Source: an uncultured Chloroflexia bacterium
GTDB lineage: Bacteria; Chloroflexota; Limnocylindria; Limnocylindrales; CSP1-4
Reading direction: 5' to 3'
NCBI GenBank assembly: GCA_963710105.1
Contig: CAVPYV010000002.1
Location: forward strand, 22,084 to 86,083
Length of the DNA: 64,000 bases
Made by a program: the position numbers and the translations under genes. Under the pieces are notes generated by a model that did not search any database, was not told the origin of the DNA, and saw only the letters and a program-made list of their open reading frames with translations. Of the stretch, positions 9,398 to 18,811 are shown piece by piece; within the stretch, counting starts at the first letter, position 1; each line of letters begins with the position of its first letter.

Positions 9398-9880
9398 TCA
9401 GCCGCCCTCGCCTGGAGCCATCGGCGGCCCGACGACCTCCATCCAGGCGGAGCGCGCGATCTCGCGGTACGTCCCGGCATCCGGCGGCCCGGGCGGCAAT
9501 CCGGCGACGCCCTCGAAGAAGCGCTCCATGCCCGCTGGGGCGAACATGACGAGGAGGCGGGCCGGCCCGCCGCCGACGTTCCTGAAGCAGTGCGGGGTGC
9601 CGCGCGGGATGAACATGAACGCGCCGGCAGGGGCGTCGAAGTACGCACCGTTGGCCTTGAAGCGGACCGTTCCTTCGAAGACGTAGTACATCTCGTCCTC
9701 GCGGACATGGATGTGCTCCGGCGGTCCCTGGTCGGGTGGGATCTCGTTCTCGATGGCCGTGAACCCGCCGTTGGTCGTCTCCGCCCGAGCGAGGATCCGG
9801 GCCGGGCCTCCCACGGGGCCACGCAACACCTCGCCCTCACCCGGCAGGACGACGAAGGGTTCGACGACGGGCGAGCTCAT
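9398..9880 (-). CDS. Cupin-domain protein
   Basis: Cupin motifs: HIHVREDEMYYVFEG ... FIPRGTPHCFRN. Confidence 0.8.
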   Translation of the reverse strand: MSSPVVEPFVVLPGEGEVLRGPVGGPARILARAETTNGGFTAIENEIPPDQGPPEHIHVREDEMYYVFEGTVRFKANGAYFDAPAGAFMFIPRGTPHCFRNVGGGPARLLVMFAPAGMERFFEGVAGLPPGPPDAGTYREIARSAWMEVVGPPMAPGEGG

Positions 9881-10032
9881 CCTCCGATTCTACGGGCCCC
9901 GAGGCGTTCGTCGTCGTTCGAGGTGAGGGCCGGGCGCGGGAGGCGGGCGCCGCGACTCGGGGATGGCCAGCGATGAGATCCTCGGCCGAGAGCGGTCCTA
10001 CCAGCGAATTGACGATGCCAGGAGTGACCCAC

Positions 10033-10557
10033 ATGTCCGATCGAACCCCGGTCGAAACGACCAACCTCGACACCTATGGCGACGCCGTCCTGCCGTGGAG
10101 CCGGCCGCGGGACGTCCTCGACGCGCACGACCCGGCGGCCAACACGACCTGGTTCCTCGGGACGGTCCGCCCCGATGGCCGGCCCCATGCCGCCGGCGTC
10201 GGCGCGATCTGGTTCGACGGCGAGGTGTGGTTCGTCAGCGGTCCGGGGACGCGCAAGTCGCGGAACCTGGCGGCGAACCCGGCATGCACGCTGTCGGTGC
10301 GGCTGGAGGGGATCGACCTCGTCTTCGCGGGCGAAGCCCGGCGGGTCACCGACAAGGCGACGCTGGATGCCGTCGTCGCCCGGTATCGGGAGGGCGGCTG
10401 GCCGGCCACGGTCGAAGGCGATGCCTTCACGGCGCCCTTCAACGCTCCGAGCGCGGGCCCGCCGCCGTGGCACCTGTACCGCCTGGAGGTGACGACGGTC
10501 GTCGGCGTCGCCGGGGAGGAGCCCCACGGCGCGACCCGCTGGACGTTCGCCCGGTAG
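10033..10557 (+). CDS. Pyridoxamine 5-prime-phosphate oxidase (PPOX)-family FMN-binding split-barrel protein
   Basis: ATG at 10033, 9 nt after GGAG. LGTVRPDGRPHAAGV...F.SGPGTRKSRNL pattern is typical of PPOX-like proteins. An alternative start lies at 9973. Confidence 0.75.
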   Translation: MSDRTPVETTNLDTYGDAVLPWSRPRDVLDAHDPAANTTWFLGTVRPDGRPHAAGVGAIWFDGEVWFVSGPGTRKSRNLAANPACTLSVRLEGIDLVFAGEARRVTDKATLDAVVARYREGGWPATVEGDAFTAPFNAPSAGPPPWHLYRLEVTTVVGVAGEEPHGATRWTFAR

Positions 10558-10614
10558 CGGACACGAGCCGGCTCGCGGCCGGTCGCGGCGGATCGGTGGA
10601 TACTTGGCCCAATC

Positions 10615-11634
10615 GTGATGAACGGCGGAGCAGTCGATCCGAGGCCCGCGGGCGCATCCCTGACGGCGCATGCCGCGTCGCCCGATCCCGGCGGCGGCCC
10701 CGCCCTCTCGATCCGGCACCTGTCGAAGCGGTTCGGCGATCGCGTGGCGTTCGATGACCTCAGCCTCGAGGTGGGGCGGGGCGAGGTGTTCGGCTTTCTC
10801 GGGCCGAACGGCGCCGGGAAGACGACGACGATCCGGACGCTCGGAACGCTCATCGCGCCGACCTCCGGCTCGGCGACCGTCGCGGGCATCCCGCTGACGC
10901 CGGGCAACGGCGTCGAGATCCGCCGGCGGATCTCGATCATGCCCGAATCGCCGGGCCTCTACCTCCGCCTGACCGTCGTCGAGAACCTCGCCTGCTTCGC
11001 CGACCTGTACGAGATCCGGGACCCGGCGGGTCGGATCGACGACGTCCTGCGGGCGGTCAACGTCGTCGACCGGGCCGACGACGCCTGCGGCGACCTGTCG
11101 AAGGGCCTGCGCCAGCGGGTCGCCCTGGCGCGGGCGCTCCTCAGCGAGCCGGAGGTGCTGTTCCTCGACGAGCCCACGGCCGGCCTCGACCCGGTCGCCG
11201 CCCGCGAGGTCCACGGGCTCATCGACGGGCTCCGCAAGCGCGGCGTCACGATCTTCCTCACCACCCATCGCCTCGACGAGGCCGAGCGGCTGTGCGACCG
11301 GGTGGCGATCCTGAACACGACGCTGCGGTCGATCGGCCGCCCCGAGGAGCTTCGCGACCAGCTGTTCGCGAGGACGCTCGTGGTCCGGACCGTGACCCCC
11401 CTCGCCGATCCCGACCGCGTCTACCGCGGCCTGGCCGCGGTCACCGCCTGGCATCGCGATGACGCCGCTGCCGACGTCGTCACCGTCTCCGATCCGGCGG
11501 TCGCGGCGCCGGCGATCACCCGGGCCCTCGTCGCCGCCGGCGCGGACGTGCTGTCGATCGGCGAGTCGCGCCATTCGCTCGAGGACGTCTACCTGGAGCT
11601 GATCGACGACGACGGCGCGAGGCCGTCGACATGA
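10615..11634 (+). CDS. ABC transporter ATP-binding protein (ABC-2 exporter type)
   Basis: Walker A GPNGAGKTT, signature LSKGLRQRV, Walker B LFLDEPT. Confidence 0.9.
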   Translation: MMNGGAVDPRPAGASLTAHAASPDPGGGPALSIRHLSKRFGDRVAFDDLSLEVGRGEVFGFLGPNGAGKTTTIRTLGTLIAPTSGSATVAGIPLTPGNGVEIRRRISIMPESPGLYLRLTVVENLACFADLYEIRDPAGRIDDVLRAVNVVDRADDACGDLSKGLRQRVALARALLSEPEVLFLDEPTAGLDPVAAREVHGLIDGLRKRGVTIFLTTHRLDEAERLCDRVAILNTTLRSIGRPEELRDQLFARTLVVRTVTPLADPDRVYRGLAAVTAWHRDDAAADVVTVSDPAVAAPAITRALVAAGADVLSIGESRHSLEDVYLELIDDDGARPST

Positions 11635-12353
11635 GCCTGAACATGCGACGCGTCCGCGCCATCGTCATCAAGGAGCTCCGGGAGTTTCGCCACAATCGCT
11701 CGATCGTCGTCACGATGGCCGTGATCCCGCTGGTGTTCGCGGTGTCGCCGCTCGTCCAGCTGATCGCCCTCTCCGCATCGGCCGCGGCCGCGCTCCAGCG
11801 GGGCCATCCGATGGCCTACCTGCTCGGCATCCCGGCGATGGTCCCGGTGTTCGTCGCCGCCTACGCCGTCGTCGGCGAGCGCCAGCAGGGCACCCTCGAG
11901 CCGGTCCTGACGACGCCGATCCGCCGCGAGGAGCTCCTCCTGGGGAAGGCCGTCGCCGCCCTCCTCCCGTCGCTCGTCATCGCCTACGCGGTGTATGGGC
12001 TGTTCCTGCTGGCGGTCGAGCTCCTCGCCCGGCCGGCCGTGGCCGCGGCCGCCATCCAGGGACCCGATCTGATCGCGCAGCTGGTCTTCACGCCGCTCCT
12101 CGCGGCGTGGTCGATCTGGGTCGGGATCGCGATCTCGACCCGGGCGAGCGAGGTCCGGGTCGCCCAGCAGCTGGGGATGCTCGCCAGCCTCCCGTCGATC
12201 GCGGTCGCCGTTCTGATCGCCTACGACATCATCCACGCGACGCTCGGCCTCGCCCTGGGCCTCGGCTGGGCGCTGCTCGTCCTCGACGTCCTCGGCTGGC
12301 GGATCACGTCCCGGCTGTTCGAGCGCGAGCGGCTGATCGCCGGCAGCAGGTGA
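11631..12353 (+). CDS. ABC-2 type transporter permease
   Basis: ATGA overlap with the ATPase stop. Multiple hydrophobic helices. Confidence 0.8.
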   Translation: MSLNMRRVRAIVIKELREFRHNRSIVVTMAVIPLVFAVSPLVQLIALSASAAAALQRGHPMAYLLGIPAMVPVFVAAYAVVGERQQGTLEPVLTTPIRREELLLGKAVAALLPSLVIAYAVYGLFLLAVELLARPAVAAAAIQGPDLIAQLVFTPLLAAWSIWVGIAISTRASEVRVAQQLGMLASLPSIAVAVLIAYDIIHATLGLALGLGWALLVLDVLGWRITSRLFERERLIAGSR

Positions 12354-12508
12354 TCCGAGCCTGACCGCGATCGCCCGCGGGCTCGACAACGGGCCGATTG
12401 GCCCGTCCCCCGCGGCTGCGGCCGTGACACCCTCGCCGATGGCGTCCCACAGATTTCCCACGCCCGGCCTGTGAGCCGGGTGGGGCCAGCAGGCGAGGAG
12501 ATCGATCG

Positions 12509-13906
12509 ATGAACGCCGGGTTGCCCAGGCGCGCCCTCTTCCATTGGACCGTCAAGCGCGAGGGGATCATCGCGCCCGATGAGCGGCTGCCGTGGCCGCA
12601 GACGGTCGCCCTCGGGGTCCAGCACATCTTCGCGATGTTCGGGGCGACCGTCCTCGCGCCGATCATCATGGGGTTCGACCCGAACACCGCGATCCTCTTC
12701 TCGGGGATCGGCACCCTGGTCTTCTTCGTCATCGTCGGCGGGCGGATCCCGAGCTATCTCGGATCGAGCTTCTCGTTCATCGCGGTCGTCATCGCGGCGA
12801 CCCAGTACGCGGGCAGCGGACCCAACCCCAACCTGGGAGTCGCCCTCGGCGGGATCATCGCCGCCGGCGCCCTCTACGCGGCCATCGGCCTCGCGGTGAT
12901 GGCGGTCGGCTATCGCTGGATCGAGGTCCTGATGCCGCCGGTCGTGACCGGGGCCGTCGTCGCGGTCATCGGGCTGAACCTCGCCCCGGTCGCGATCAGC
13001 AACCTCGTCTCGGCCGACAGCGCGGCGCCGCAGAGCGTCAACCAGTTCACGACCCTCGTCGGGCTGCTGACCGTCGCCGCGGTCGGGCTCGTCGCGGTCC
13101 GCGCGCCGGGCCTGTTCCGGCGCCTGCCGATCCTGCTCGGCGGCATCGGCGGCTACGTCATCTACCTGATCCTCGCGAACGGGCTCGGCTGGGGCACGCC
13201 GATCGACTTCGGCGCCCTCGGCAGCGCGGCCTGGATCGGGCTGCCGAGCCTGACCGCGCCGTCGTTCGAGCCGAGCGCCCTGACCCTGATCGCGCCGGTC
13301 GCGATCATCCTCGTCGCCGAGAACCTCGGCCACGTCAAGGCGGTCGCCGCGATGACCGGCCGGAACCTCGATCCGTACCTCGGCCGGGCGTTCCTCGGCG
13401 ACGGCGTCGCGACGATGATCGCCGGGGCCGGCGGCGGCACGGGCGTGACGACCTACGCCGAGAACATCGGGGTCATGGCCGTGACGAAGATCTACTCGAC
13501 CCTCGTGTTCGTCATTGCCGGCGTGGTCGCGATCGCGATGGGGTTCTCGCCGAAATTCGGCGCCCTGATCGGGACGATCCCGGCGCCGGTCCTCGGTGGC
13601 CTGTCGATCGTCCTGTTCGGGATGATCGCGGCGACCGGGGCGCGGATCTGGATCCAGAACAAGGTCGACTTCTCGAACAACCGCAACCTGATCACGGCCG
13701 CGGTCGCCCTGACCCTCGGCGCGGGCAACCTGGCGATCACGATCGGCGACTTCCAGCTGGGCGGGATCGGGACCGCGACGTTCGGAGCGATCCTCGTCTA
13801 CCAGCTCCTTCGCGAGCCGCGCCACGCCACGGCGCTCGAGCCGGACCCCGAACCCGAGGCCCTCGGCGAGCTCGCCGGCCCGACGATCGCCCCGACCCTT
13901 CCCTGA
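12509..13906 (+). CDS. Nucleobase:cation symporter-2 (uracil/xanthine permease) family transporter
   Basis: GVQHIFAMFGATVLAP... and ...YAENIGVMAVT... motifs typical of NCS2. GAGGAG lies before the ATG. Confidence 0.9.
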   Translation: MNAGLPRRALFHWTVKREGIIAPDERLPWPQTVALGVQHIFAMFGATVLAPIIMGFDPNTAILFSGIGTLVFFVIVGGRIPSYLGSSFSFIAVVIAATQYAGSGPNPNLGVALGGIIAAGALYAAIGLAVMAVGYRWIEVLMPPVVTGAVVAVIGLNLAPVAISNLVSADSAAPQSVNQFTTLVGLLTVAAVGLVAVRAPGLFRRLPILLGGIGGYVIYLILANGLGWGTPIDFGALGSAAWIGLPSLTAPSFEPSALTLIAPVAIILVAENLGHVKAVAAMTGRNLDPYLGRAFLGDGVATMIAGAGGGTGVTTYAENIGVMAVTKIYSTLVFVIAGVVAIAMGFSPKFGALIGTIPAPVLGGLSIVLFGMIAATGARIWIQNKVDFSNNRNLITAAVALTLGAGNLAITIGDFQLGGIGTATFGAILVYQLLREPRHATALEPDPEPEALGELAGPTIAPTLP

Positions 13907-13912
13907 GCCACG

Positions 13913-13938
13913 GCCCGGCCGGCGCTTGACGGCCGGGC
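13913..13938. terminator. Hairpin after the NCS2 permease
   Basis: GCCCGGCC-N10-GGCCGGGC, starting 7 nt after the stop codon. Confidence 0.4.
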
Positions 13939-13954
13939 TCGCATCCGGCACCAT

Positions 13955-13976
13955 CACTCAACCAAACGGTTGAGTG
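13955..13976. promoter_or_regulatory. Perfect 9-4-9 palindrome, probable ArsR/SmtB operator
   Basis: CACTCAACC-AAAC-GGTTGAGTG lies immediately upstream of, and overlapping, the first candidate start of the ArsR gene. Confidence 0.65.
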
Positions 13977-14321
13977 AATGGAGCCATGATCAACGAGCAG
14001 GGGGATCTCGCGATCACGTTCGCTGCCCTCGGCGACCCGGTCCGGCGAGCGATCGTCGACCGGCTCGCCGCCGGCGACGCGACGGTCAACGAGCTCGCCA
14101 GCCTGTTCCCGATCACGCTCCAGGCGGTCTCGAAGCACCTCAAGGTCCTCGAGACCGCCGGGGTCGTCTCGCGGCGCCGGCTGGGCAAGACCCGGCCGGC
14201 CCATCTCGAGGCCGAGCCCCTCGCTCGCACCGCCGACTGGCTCGAGGCCCATCGCCGGCGTCTCGAGGCGAAGTACGCGCGGCTCGATGAGCTGCTCGAG
14301 AGGACGAAGGAGCCGAGATGA
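13974..14321 (+). CDS. ArsR/SmtB-family transcriptional regulator
   Basis: LGDPVRRAIVDRLAAGDATVNELASLFPITLQAVSKHLKVLETAGVV is a classic ArsR wHTH. The start is uncertain (GTG 13974 or ATG 13986). Confidence 0.9.
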   Translation: MNGAMINEQGDLAITFAALGDPVRRAIVDRLAAGDATVNELASLFPITLQAVSKHLKVLETAGVVSRRRLGKTRPAHLEAEPLARTADWLEAHRRRLEAKYARLDELLERTKEPR

Positions 14322-14830
14322 CGAACCAGCGCCACGTGACGATCACCCCGGGCGAGCAGACGATCGCCTTCAGCCGCGAGTTCGACGCGCCCGCCGAGCG
14401 GGTCTTCGCGGCCCATATCGATCCGGACCTGATCGTCCGCTGGATCGGGCCCCGCGGAACGACCCTCACGCTCCGCGGCTGGGACGCCAGGACCGGCGGC
14501 AGCTGGAGCTACGTGGTCGCCGGCCTCGGCGGGGAATGGGCCTTCCACGGCTCGTTCCACGAGGTCACGGCGCCGAGCCGGCTCGTCCAGACCTTCGAGT
14601 TCGAGGGCGAGCCGGGCCGCCCGAACCTCGACGTCCTCACCTTCGTCGACCTGGGCAACGGGCGGAGCCGGATCGACGGCGTCTCGGCCTACCTGTCGGT
14701 CGCGGACCGCGATGCGTCGGCCGACCTCGACAAGGGCCGCGACGAGGACTTCGACCGCCTCGACGAGCTCCTCGGCCTGGGCGCCCGTCGCGGGCTGAGC
14801 GGGCCGGGCCTGAACCGGGGCCGGGCCTGA
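14318..14830 (+). CDS. SRPBCC / AHSA1 (activator of Hsp90 ATPase homologue 1-like) domain protein
   Basis: ATGA overlap with ArsR. The ArsR + AHSA1-like pairing is common. Composition is typical of coding sequence. Confidence 0.8.
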   Translation: MTNQRHVTITPGEQTIAFSREFDAPAERVFAAHIDPDLIVRWIGPRGTTLTLRGWDARTGGSWSYVVAGLGGEWAFHGSFHEVTAPSRLVQTFEFEGEPGRPNLDVLTFVDLGNGRSRIDGVSAYLSVADRDASADLDKGRDEDFDRLDELLGLGARRGLSGPGLNRGRA

Positions 14831-14872
14831 CCCGGGCGCCCGTCGCGGGCGAGCGCGGCCGGGGGCGCCCGC

Positions 14873-15415
14873 TCAGCCGACCGCGACCGGCTGGAGCTCC
14901 CTCGCGATCTGGCGGGCCCAGCCCTCGATCTCGGGCCAGTCCCGGAAGTCGCCGCTCGGCATCGCGTTGCGGGCGGCCGGAAGATGGGCCGCGAGCCGCT
15001 CGGCGAGCCCGATCGGCGGCCGGCTCGGGTCGAACGCGCCGAAGAAGACGCGGTGATCGCGGGCGCCGACCGCGGCGGCGAACCCCGGAAGCTCCTTCGG
15101 GATCGCCGCGACCTTCTGGTCCCGGCCCGATGCGTCGAGCGGCTCGTCGCCGATCGGCCCGCTGCTGAACAGCCAGACGGGCTTCCCGGCGAGCAGCCGC
15201 TCGTTGCGGCGGACGAGCTCGGCGGCGTCCTTGAGCCAGTGGAACATGTAGGCCGCGCTGCCGATCACGAAGGCGTCGTACCCGGCGAGGTCGCTGACCG
15301 TCCCGGCGGGCCGGAGGTCCGTGGCGAGGCCCTCGCGGCGGAGGGTCTCGGCGATCCGCTCGGCGATCCCCTGGGTGGCCCCGTGCCGGCTGGCGTAGGC
15401 AACCAGGACGTGCAT
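14873..15415 (-). CDS. Flavodoxin-domain protein (HemG-like)
   Basis: ATG at 15415 after GGAGGAGG. MHVLVAYASRHGATQGIAERIA... is a flavodoxin N-terminus. Confidence 0.85.
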   Translation of the reverse strand: MHVLVAYASRHGATQGIAERIAETLRREGLATDLRPAGTVSDLAGYDAFVIGSAAYMFHWLKDAAELVRRNERLLAGKPVWLFSSGPIGDEPLDASGRDQKVAAIPKELPGFAAAVGARDHRVFFGAFDPSRPPIGLAERLAAHLPAARNAMPSGDFRDWPEIEGWARQIARELQPVAVG

Positions 15416-15494
15416 GACGAACCTCCTCCACCCGGTCCGTGGCCGGCCAGGGCCCGGCCGGGCCATCCCGGCCCGGCCGATCCCGTGAACCCGG

Positions 15495-16271
15495 TCAGAC
15501 GACCGGCATCGCCTCGACGGCGGCGAACGCCTCCGGCGCGTCCGGCAGGGACGCCTCGGCCCGTGCGACGGCCTCGACGATCTCGTCCGCATGCGGCGGC
15601 AGCTCCGTCTGGACCGTGAAGCCGCCGAACAGGGCGAGGCCCGTGATCGTCAGGTGCGGCGCATCCACCGGCAGGTCGGCGGCCGCCCGGACGTCGCGCA
15701 GCCCGCCGATCCCGCGGACCTGGGCGGTGACCCGCCACGTCTCGGGCACGACGATCTGCCCGCCGCCGAACACGGCCCGGACGCGGAGATGGGCGCCACC
15801 CGGATCGAGAGTCGCCTCGCGCAGGTCGACGAACCCGCCTCCGTACCAGAGATCGACGGACCCGCCGCGGAACGAGCCGGCCCGGCTGCTGTAGGCCAGT
15901 GGCCCGAGCGCGGTGCGGAGGCGGATCTCGTCGGCGTCGGGCTCGATCGCGGCGGTCGCCCGGCGGGCGGTGGTCCGGGTCGCGAACGCGACGACGAGGG
16001 TCGACAGCATCAGCGCAGCCCAGGCCATGCCCGCGGTCCGCAGCACCATGGCCAGGCCGCGCGGCATCCGGGTCTTCGGGCGGGCCTCCGTCCGGGCGCG
16101 GGCCGCGGCGACGATCCGGTCGCGGAGGCTCGATCCGCGGCTCTCGGCGAGCGCCGCGAGGTGCTCGGAGACGGTCTGGAAGCGCTCGGGCGACCACCCG
16201 AGCGCGCCGATCGCCGTTCGGATTCGCTCGATGTCCGACAGCTTGCTGTCGGCGTGTTCTGGCGATGTCAT
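15495..16271 (-). CDS. Membrane protein with LiaF-like (cell-wall-active antibiotic response) C-terminal domain
   Basis: One central transmembrane segment, then a Gly-rich beta-like repeat region (VDLWYGGGFVDL..., AVFGGGQIVVP..., LALFGGFTV). Starts at 16271 or 16277. Confidence 0.55.
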   Translation of the reverse strand: MTSPEHADSKLSDIERIRTAIGALGWSPERFQTVSEHLAALAESRGSSLRDRIVAAARARTEARPKTRMPRGLAMVLRTAGMAWAALMLSTLVVAFATRTTARRATAAIEPDADEIRLRTALGPLAYSSRAGSFRGGSVDLWYGGGFVDLREATLDPGGAHLRVRAVFGGGQIVVPETWRVTAQVRGIGGLRDVRAAADLPVDAPHLTITGLALFGGFTVQTELPPHADEIVEAVARAEASLPDAPEAFAAVEAMPVV

Positions 16272-16530
16272 GTCCATCCTCCACGGCGAGCTCGGTCGTT
16301 CGCTGCCGACCGGGAGACACGCCGTCCGTCCGCGGCGGCGCGGCAGCCCCCGGATTCTCGGCGGAGCCCGGCGGAGCCGCCAGTGCCGTCCGACCCGGAA
16401 CGTCGCTTCGACGGCGTCGGCGCCGGTCGTTGCGCGTCTCGTCGGCCTCCGGAGGCGCCCCGCCGCGAGCAGGTCGCGGCGGGGCGCCGAGTGTGTCGTC
16501 GAGCGGGCGGCCGATGGCCTCCCGGCGGCC

Positions 16531-17322
16531 TCAGTCGGCGAGGAACGCGGCCATCGCCGGGCCGAGGACCCCGGGATCGACGTTGTGCTCCTGGCCCTCG
16601 AGGACGGCGGTCCGCGCGTCCGGCATCGCGGCGACGAGTGCCTCCGCGGTCGGTCGGAAGAAGGGGAAGCTCGCGCCGCCAGTGAGGATCAGGGTCGGGA
16701 CGGTGACCCGGGCCGCGGTCGCGGTCGGGACCGAGTAGTCGCCCATGATCCGGGCGTCGTAGGCGAGGGTGTGGGCGAGGGCCTCCTGGGCGGCCCACCA
16801 CGGCTGCGTCCGGGCGAACCCGACGAACTCCGCCGGCAGGCGGACCATGTCGGCCATGAAGAAGGCGGCCGCATCGCCCCGCCGGCCCTCGGCGACCATC
16901 CGGTCGAGCTGCTCGACGCTGTCGGCCGGCGGACGGCCCGACGGGTCGAGGTTGTAGGGCGGCTCCCAGAGGACGAGCCGGTCGACCGGCGCAGCGGCGG
17001 CGGCCGCCTCGAGGGCGAGGCCGGCGCCCGACGACGAGCCGTACAGGTGGGCGTGGCCGCCGGCGAGCTCGATCACCGCCGCGATGTCCTCGATCTCGCG
17101 CTCGACCGCGTACGGCGCGGTGTCGCCGCTGTCGCCCCGGCCGCGGCGGTCGTAGTTGTAGGTCGTGAAGCGGTCCATGAGGGCGGCGGCGAGGCCGGCG
17201 TTCGAGCCGCGATCGACCGAGCCGCCGCTGACGAGGACGACGGCCGGGCCGCTGCCGGCGATCTCGACGGCGATCGGGGTGCCGTCCTTCGAGGTGACGT
17301 GCTGGAGAGTGTCCGTGGTCAT
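16531..17322 (-). CDS. Alpha/beta hydrolase
   Basis: ATG at 17322 after AAGGAG. Nucleophile elbow GSSSG. Typical fold length. Confidence 0.85.
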   Translation of the reverse strand: MTTDTLQHVTSKDGTPIAVEIAGSGPAVVLVSGGSVDRGSNAGLAAALMDRFTTYNYDRRGRGDSGDTAPYAVEREIEDIAAVIELAGGHAHLYGSSSGAGLALEAAAAAAPVDRLVLWEPPYNLDPSGRPPADSVEQLDRMVAEGRRGDAAAFFMADMVRLPAEFVGFARTQPWWAAQEALAHTLAYDARIMGDYSVPTATAARVTVPTLILTGGASFPFFRPTAEALVAAMPDARTAVLEGQEHNVDPGVLGPAMAAFLAD

Positions 17323-17356
17323 CGTGCGCTCCTTGACTTCGCGGTGATCCCGGGAG

Positions 17357-18094
17357 TCAGGCAAAGCTGCGGTCGAGCCAGGCCTGCCACGCCTGCTCGG
17401 TCGCGGCCCGGTCGTCGGGTCGGTAGAGGTGATGGCCGATGGCGACCGTCCCCATGCCGTGGATGAAGCGGAACATCCCGTCGGCGGTCCGCAGGCCGAT
17501 GAAGTTCGCGTTGAGGTAGTCGATCTCGCCGTCGAGGTCCGGCAGGCCGTCGGCCCGGAAGCGGGCCGGATCGCCGACGGCCACGTCGGCCGCGACCCCG
17601 AGCGCCCGGCGGAACTCGGCCCAGGCGCGGTCCGCGCCGACCTGGGGCCCCCACAGGGTGATCGGCACCGCCGTCCGGCCCGAGAAGCGCTCGACGTACT
17701 CGGCCAGCTTCGCGACGTAGGCCGGGTCCCCGATCTTCAGGGCCTCGTACTCCTGCTCCCAGTCGTCACCCGGCAGGAAGCCGCTGTGGACGAAGCGGAG
17801 GGTCGTCGTCCCGCCGGCCCGGCCCTCGATCTCGAAGGCGAAGGTCATCAGCCGGCCGTCGTCGGATTCCGGGCTCGTGGTCGCGAACCGGTGCGGCGGA
17901 TCCCACGTCGTGACCGTCGATTCCATCGTGAAGCCGGGCAGCGACGTCCGGAGCGCGCCGCCGAGGCGCGGCTCGAGCTCGTTGTCGCCCATCCACCAGC
18001 CGTCCATCGCGGCGCCGCTGGAGAGCGCCTCCCAGACCTGCTCGGGCGGGGCGTTGACGACCTGCTCGCCGCGGACGTCGAAGGGGTGGGCCAT
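17357..18094 (-). CDS. SRPBCC/AHSA1-like domain protein with C-terminal extension
   Basis: GGAGGAA lies 8 nt before the ATG at 18094. N-terminal ...VNAPPEQVWEALSSG... is typical of SRPBCC. Confidence 0.8.
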   Translation of the reverse strand: MAHPFDVRGEQVVNAPPEQVWEALSSGAAMDGWWMGDNELEPRLGGALRTSLPGFTMESTVTTWDPPHRFATTSPESDDGRLMTFAFEIEGRAGGTTTLRFVHSGFLPGDDWEQEYEALKIGDPAYVAKLAEYVERFSGRTAVPITLWGPQVGADRAWAEFRRALGVAADVAVGDPARFRADGLPDLDGEIDYLNANFIGLRTADGMFRFIHGMGTVAIGHHLYRPDDRAATEQAWQAWLDRSFA

Positions 18095-18726
18095 CTCGAG
18101 GATTCCTCCGTGAGCTCGGGCGTCTCCGGAACGGCGACGTCGGTCGCGGCAGGGACGCTGGGGTGGATGGCGACGACGATCCGGTGAGATCGGCCGCCCG
18201 CGGCGGCGTCGTCGTGGTACCTGGCGACGAGGCCGGCGACGGCGTGCGACAGCTCCTCGGCGAACGCGGCGCGGTCGGCGGCCGAGGCGAACCGGACCTC
18301 GCCGTCGAGGGCGAAGGTCGCGACGCGCTTGCCCGCCCGCCGCGCGCCGAGCAGCAGGCTGCCGACGTCGCGGACGAGGCGCGCCGCCAGGGCGAGCATC
18401 CAGAACGCCGAAAGGCGGTCGGGCGACCGCTCCGGGTCCGGCTCGACCGCGGCCAGGGCGGCCGGCGAGATCACATAGGCGGCCGCCGTCGCCTGCATGA
18501 CCCGCTCGGTCATGTTGCCGCGACGGCGCTCCTCGACGAGCTCGACCAGCCCATGCCGCTCGAGCGTCCGGAGGTGGTAGTTGACCTGCTGCCGGGGCAG
18601 GCCGATCCGGGCTGCGAGCGTCGTCGCGGAGCCGGGCGTCGCCAGCTCGGCGAGCAGCCGCGACCGCACCGGGTCCAGGGAGGCCTCGGCCGCCGCCGCG
18701 CTCTCGATCACCGTCACGTCAAGCAT
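17848..18726 (-). CDS. ArsR-like winged-helix regulator (long form). The 3-prime 247 nt overlap the next gene out of frame.
   Basis: LDPVRSRLLAELATPGSATTLAARIGLPRQQVNYHLRTLERHGLV wHTH. The tail after about aa 210 is Arg/Ser/Pro-rich and overlaps 17357..18094, so the true C-terminus is uncertain. Confidence 0.7.
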   Translation of the reverse strand: MLDVTVIESAAAAEASLDPVRSRLLAELATPGSATTLAARIGLPRQQVNYHLRTLERHGLVELVEERRRGNMTERVMQATAAAYVISPAALAAVEPDPERSPDRLSAFWMLALAARLVRDVGSLLLGARRAGKRVATFALDGEVRFASAADRAAFAEELSHAVAGLVARYHDDAAAGGRSHRIVVAIHPSVPAATDVAVPETPELTEESSRWPTPSTSAASRSSTPRPSRSGRRSPAAPRWTAGGWATTSSSRASAARSGRRCPASRWNRRSRRGIRRTGSRPRARNPTTAG

Positions 18727-18743
18727 GGCCGCAGTCTGCCACC

Positions 18744-18777
18744 GACAACTCTAGTTGTCAAGACAGCAAGAATTGTC
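18744..18777. promoter_or_regulatory. Palindromes upstream of the ArsR-like regulator (probable operator)
   Basis: GACAAC-TCTA-GTTGTC (18744..18759) followed by GACA-N8-TGTC (18762..18777), 18-50 nt upstream of the start at 18726. Confidence 0.55.
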
Positions 18778-18811
18778 GGGCAATTCGGCCGGGCTGGCGG
18801 CCGCTCCCGGG

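Noticed and set aside
12354-12508. A possible purine or PyrR-type regulatory RNA upstream of the nucleobase permease.
   Set aside because: No purine-riboswitch core and no PyrR binding loop (UCCAGAGAGG) are present. There are only generic GC hairpins, which probably terminate the upstream ABC-2 operon.
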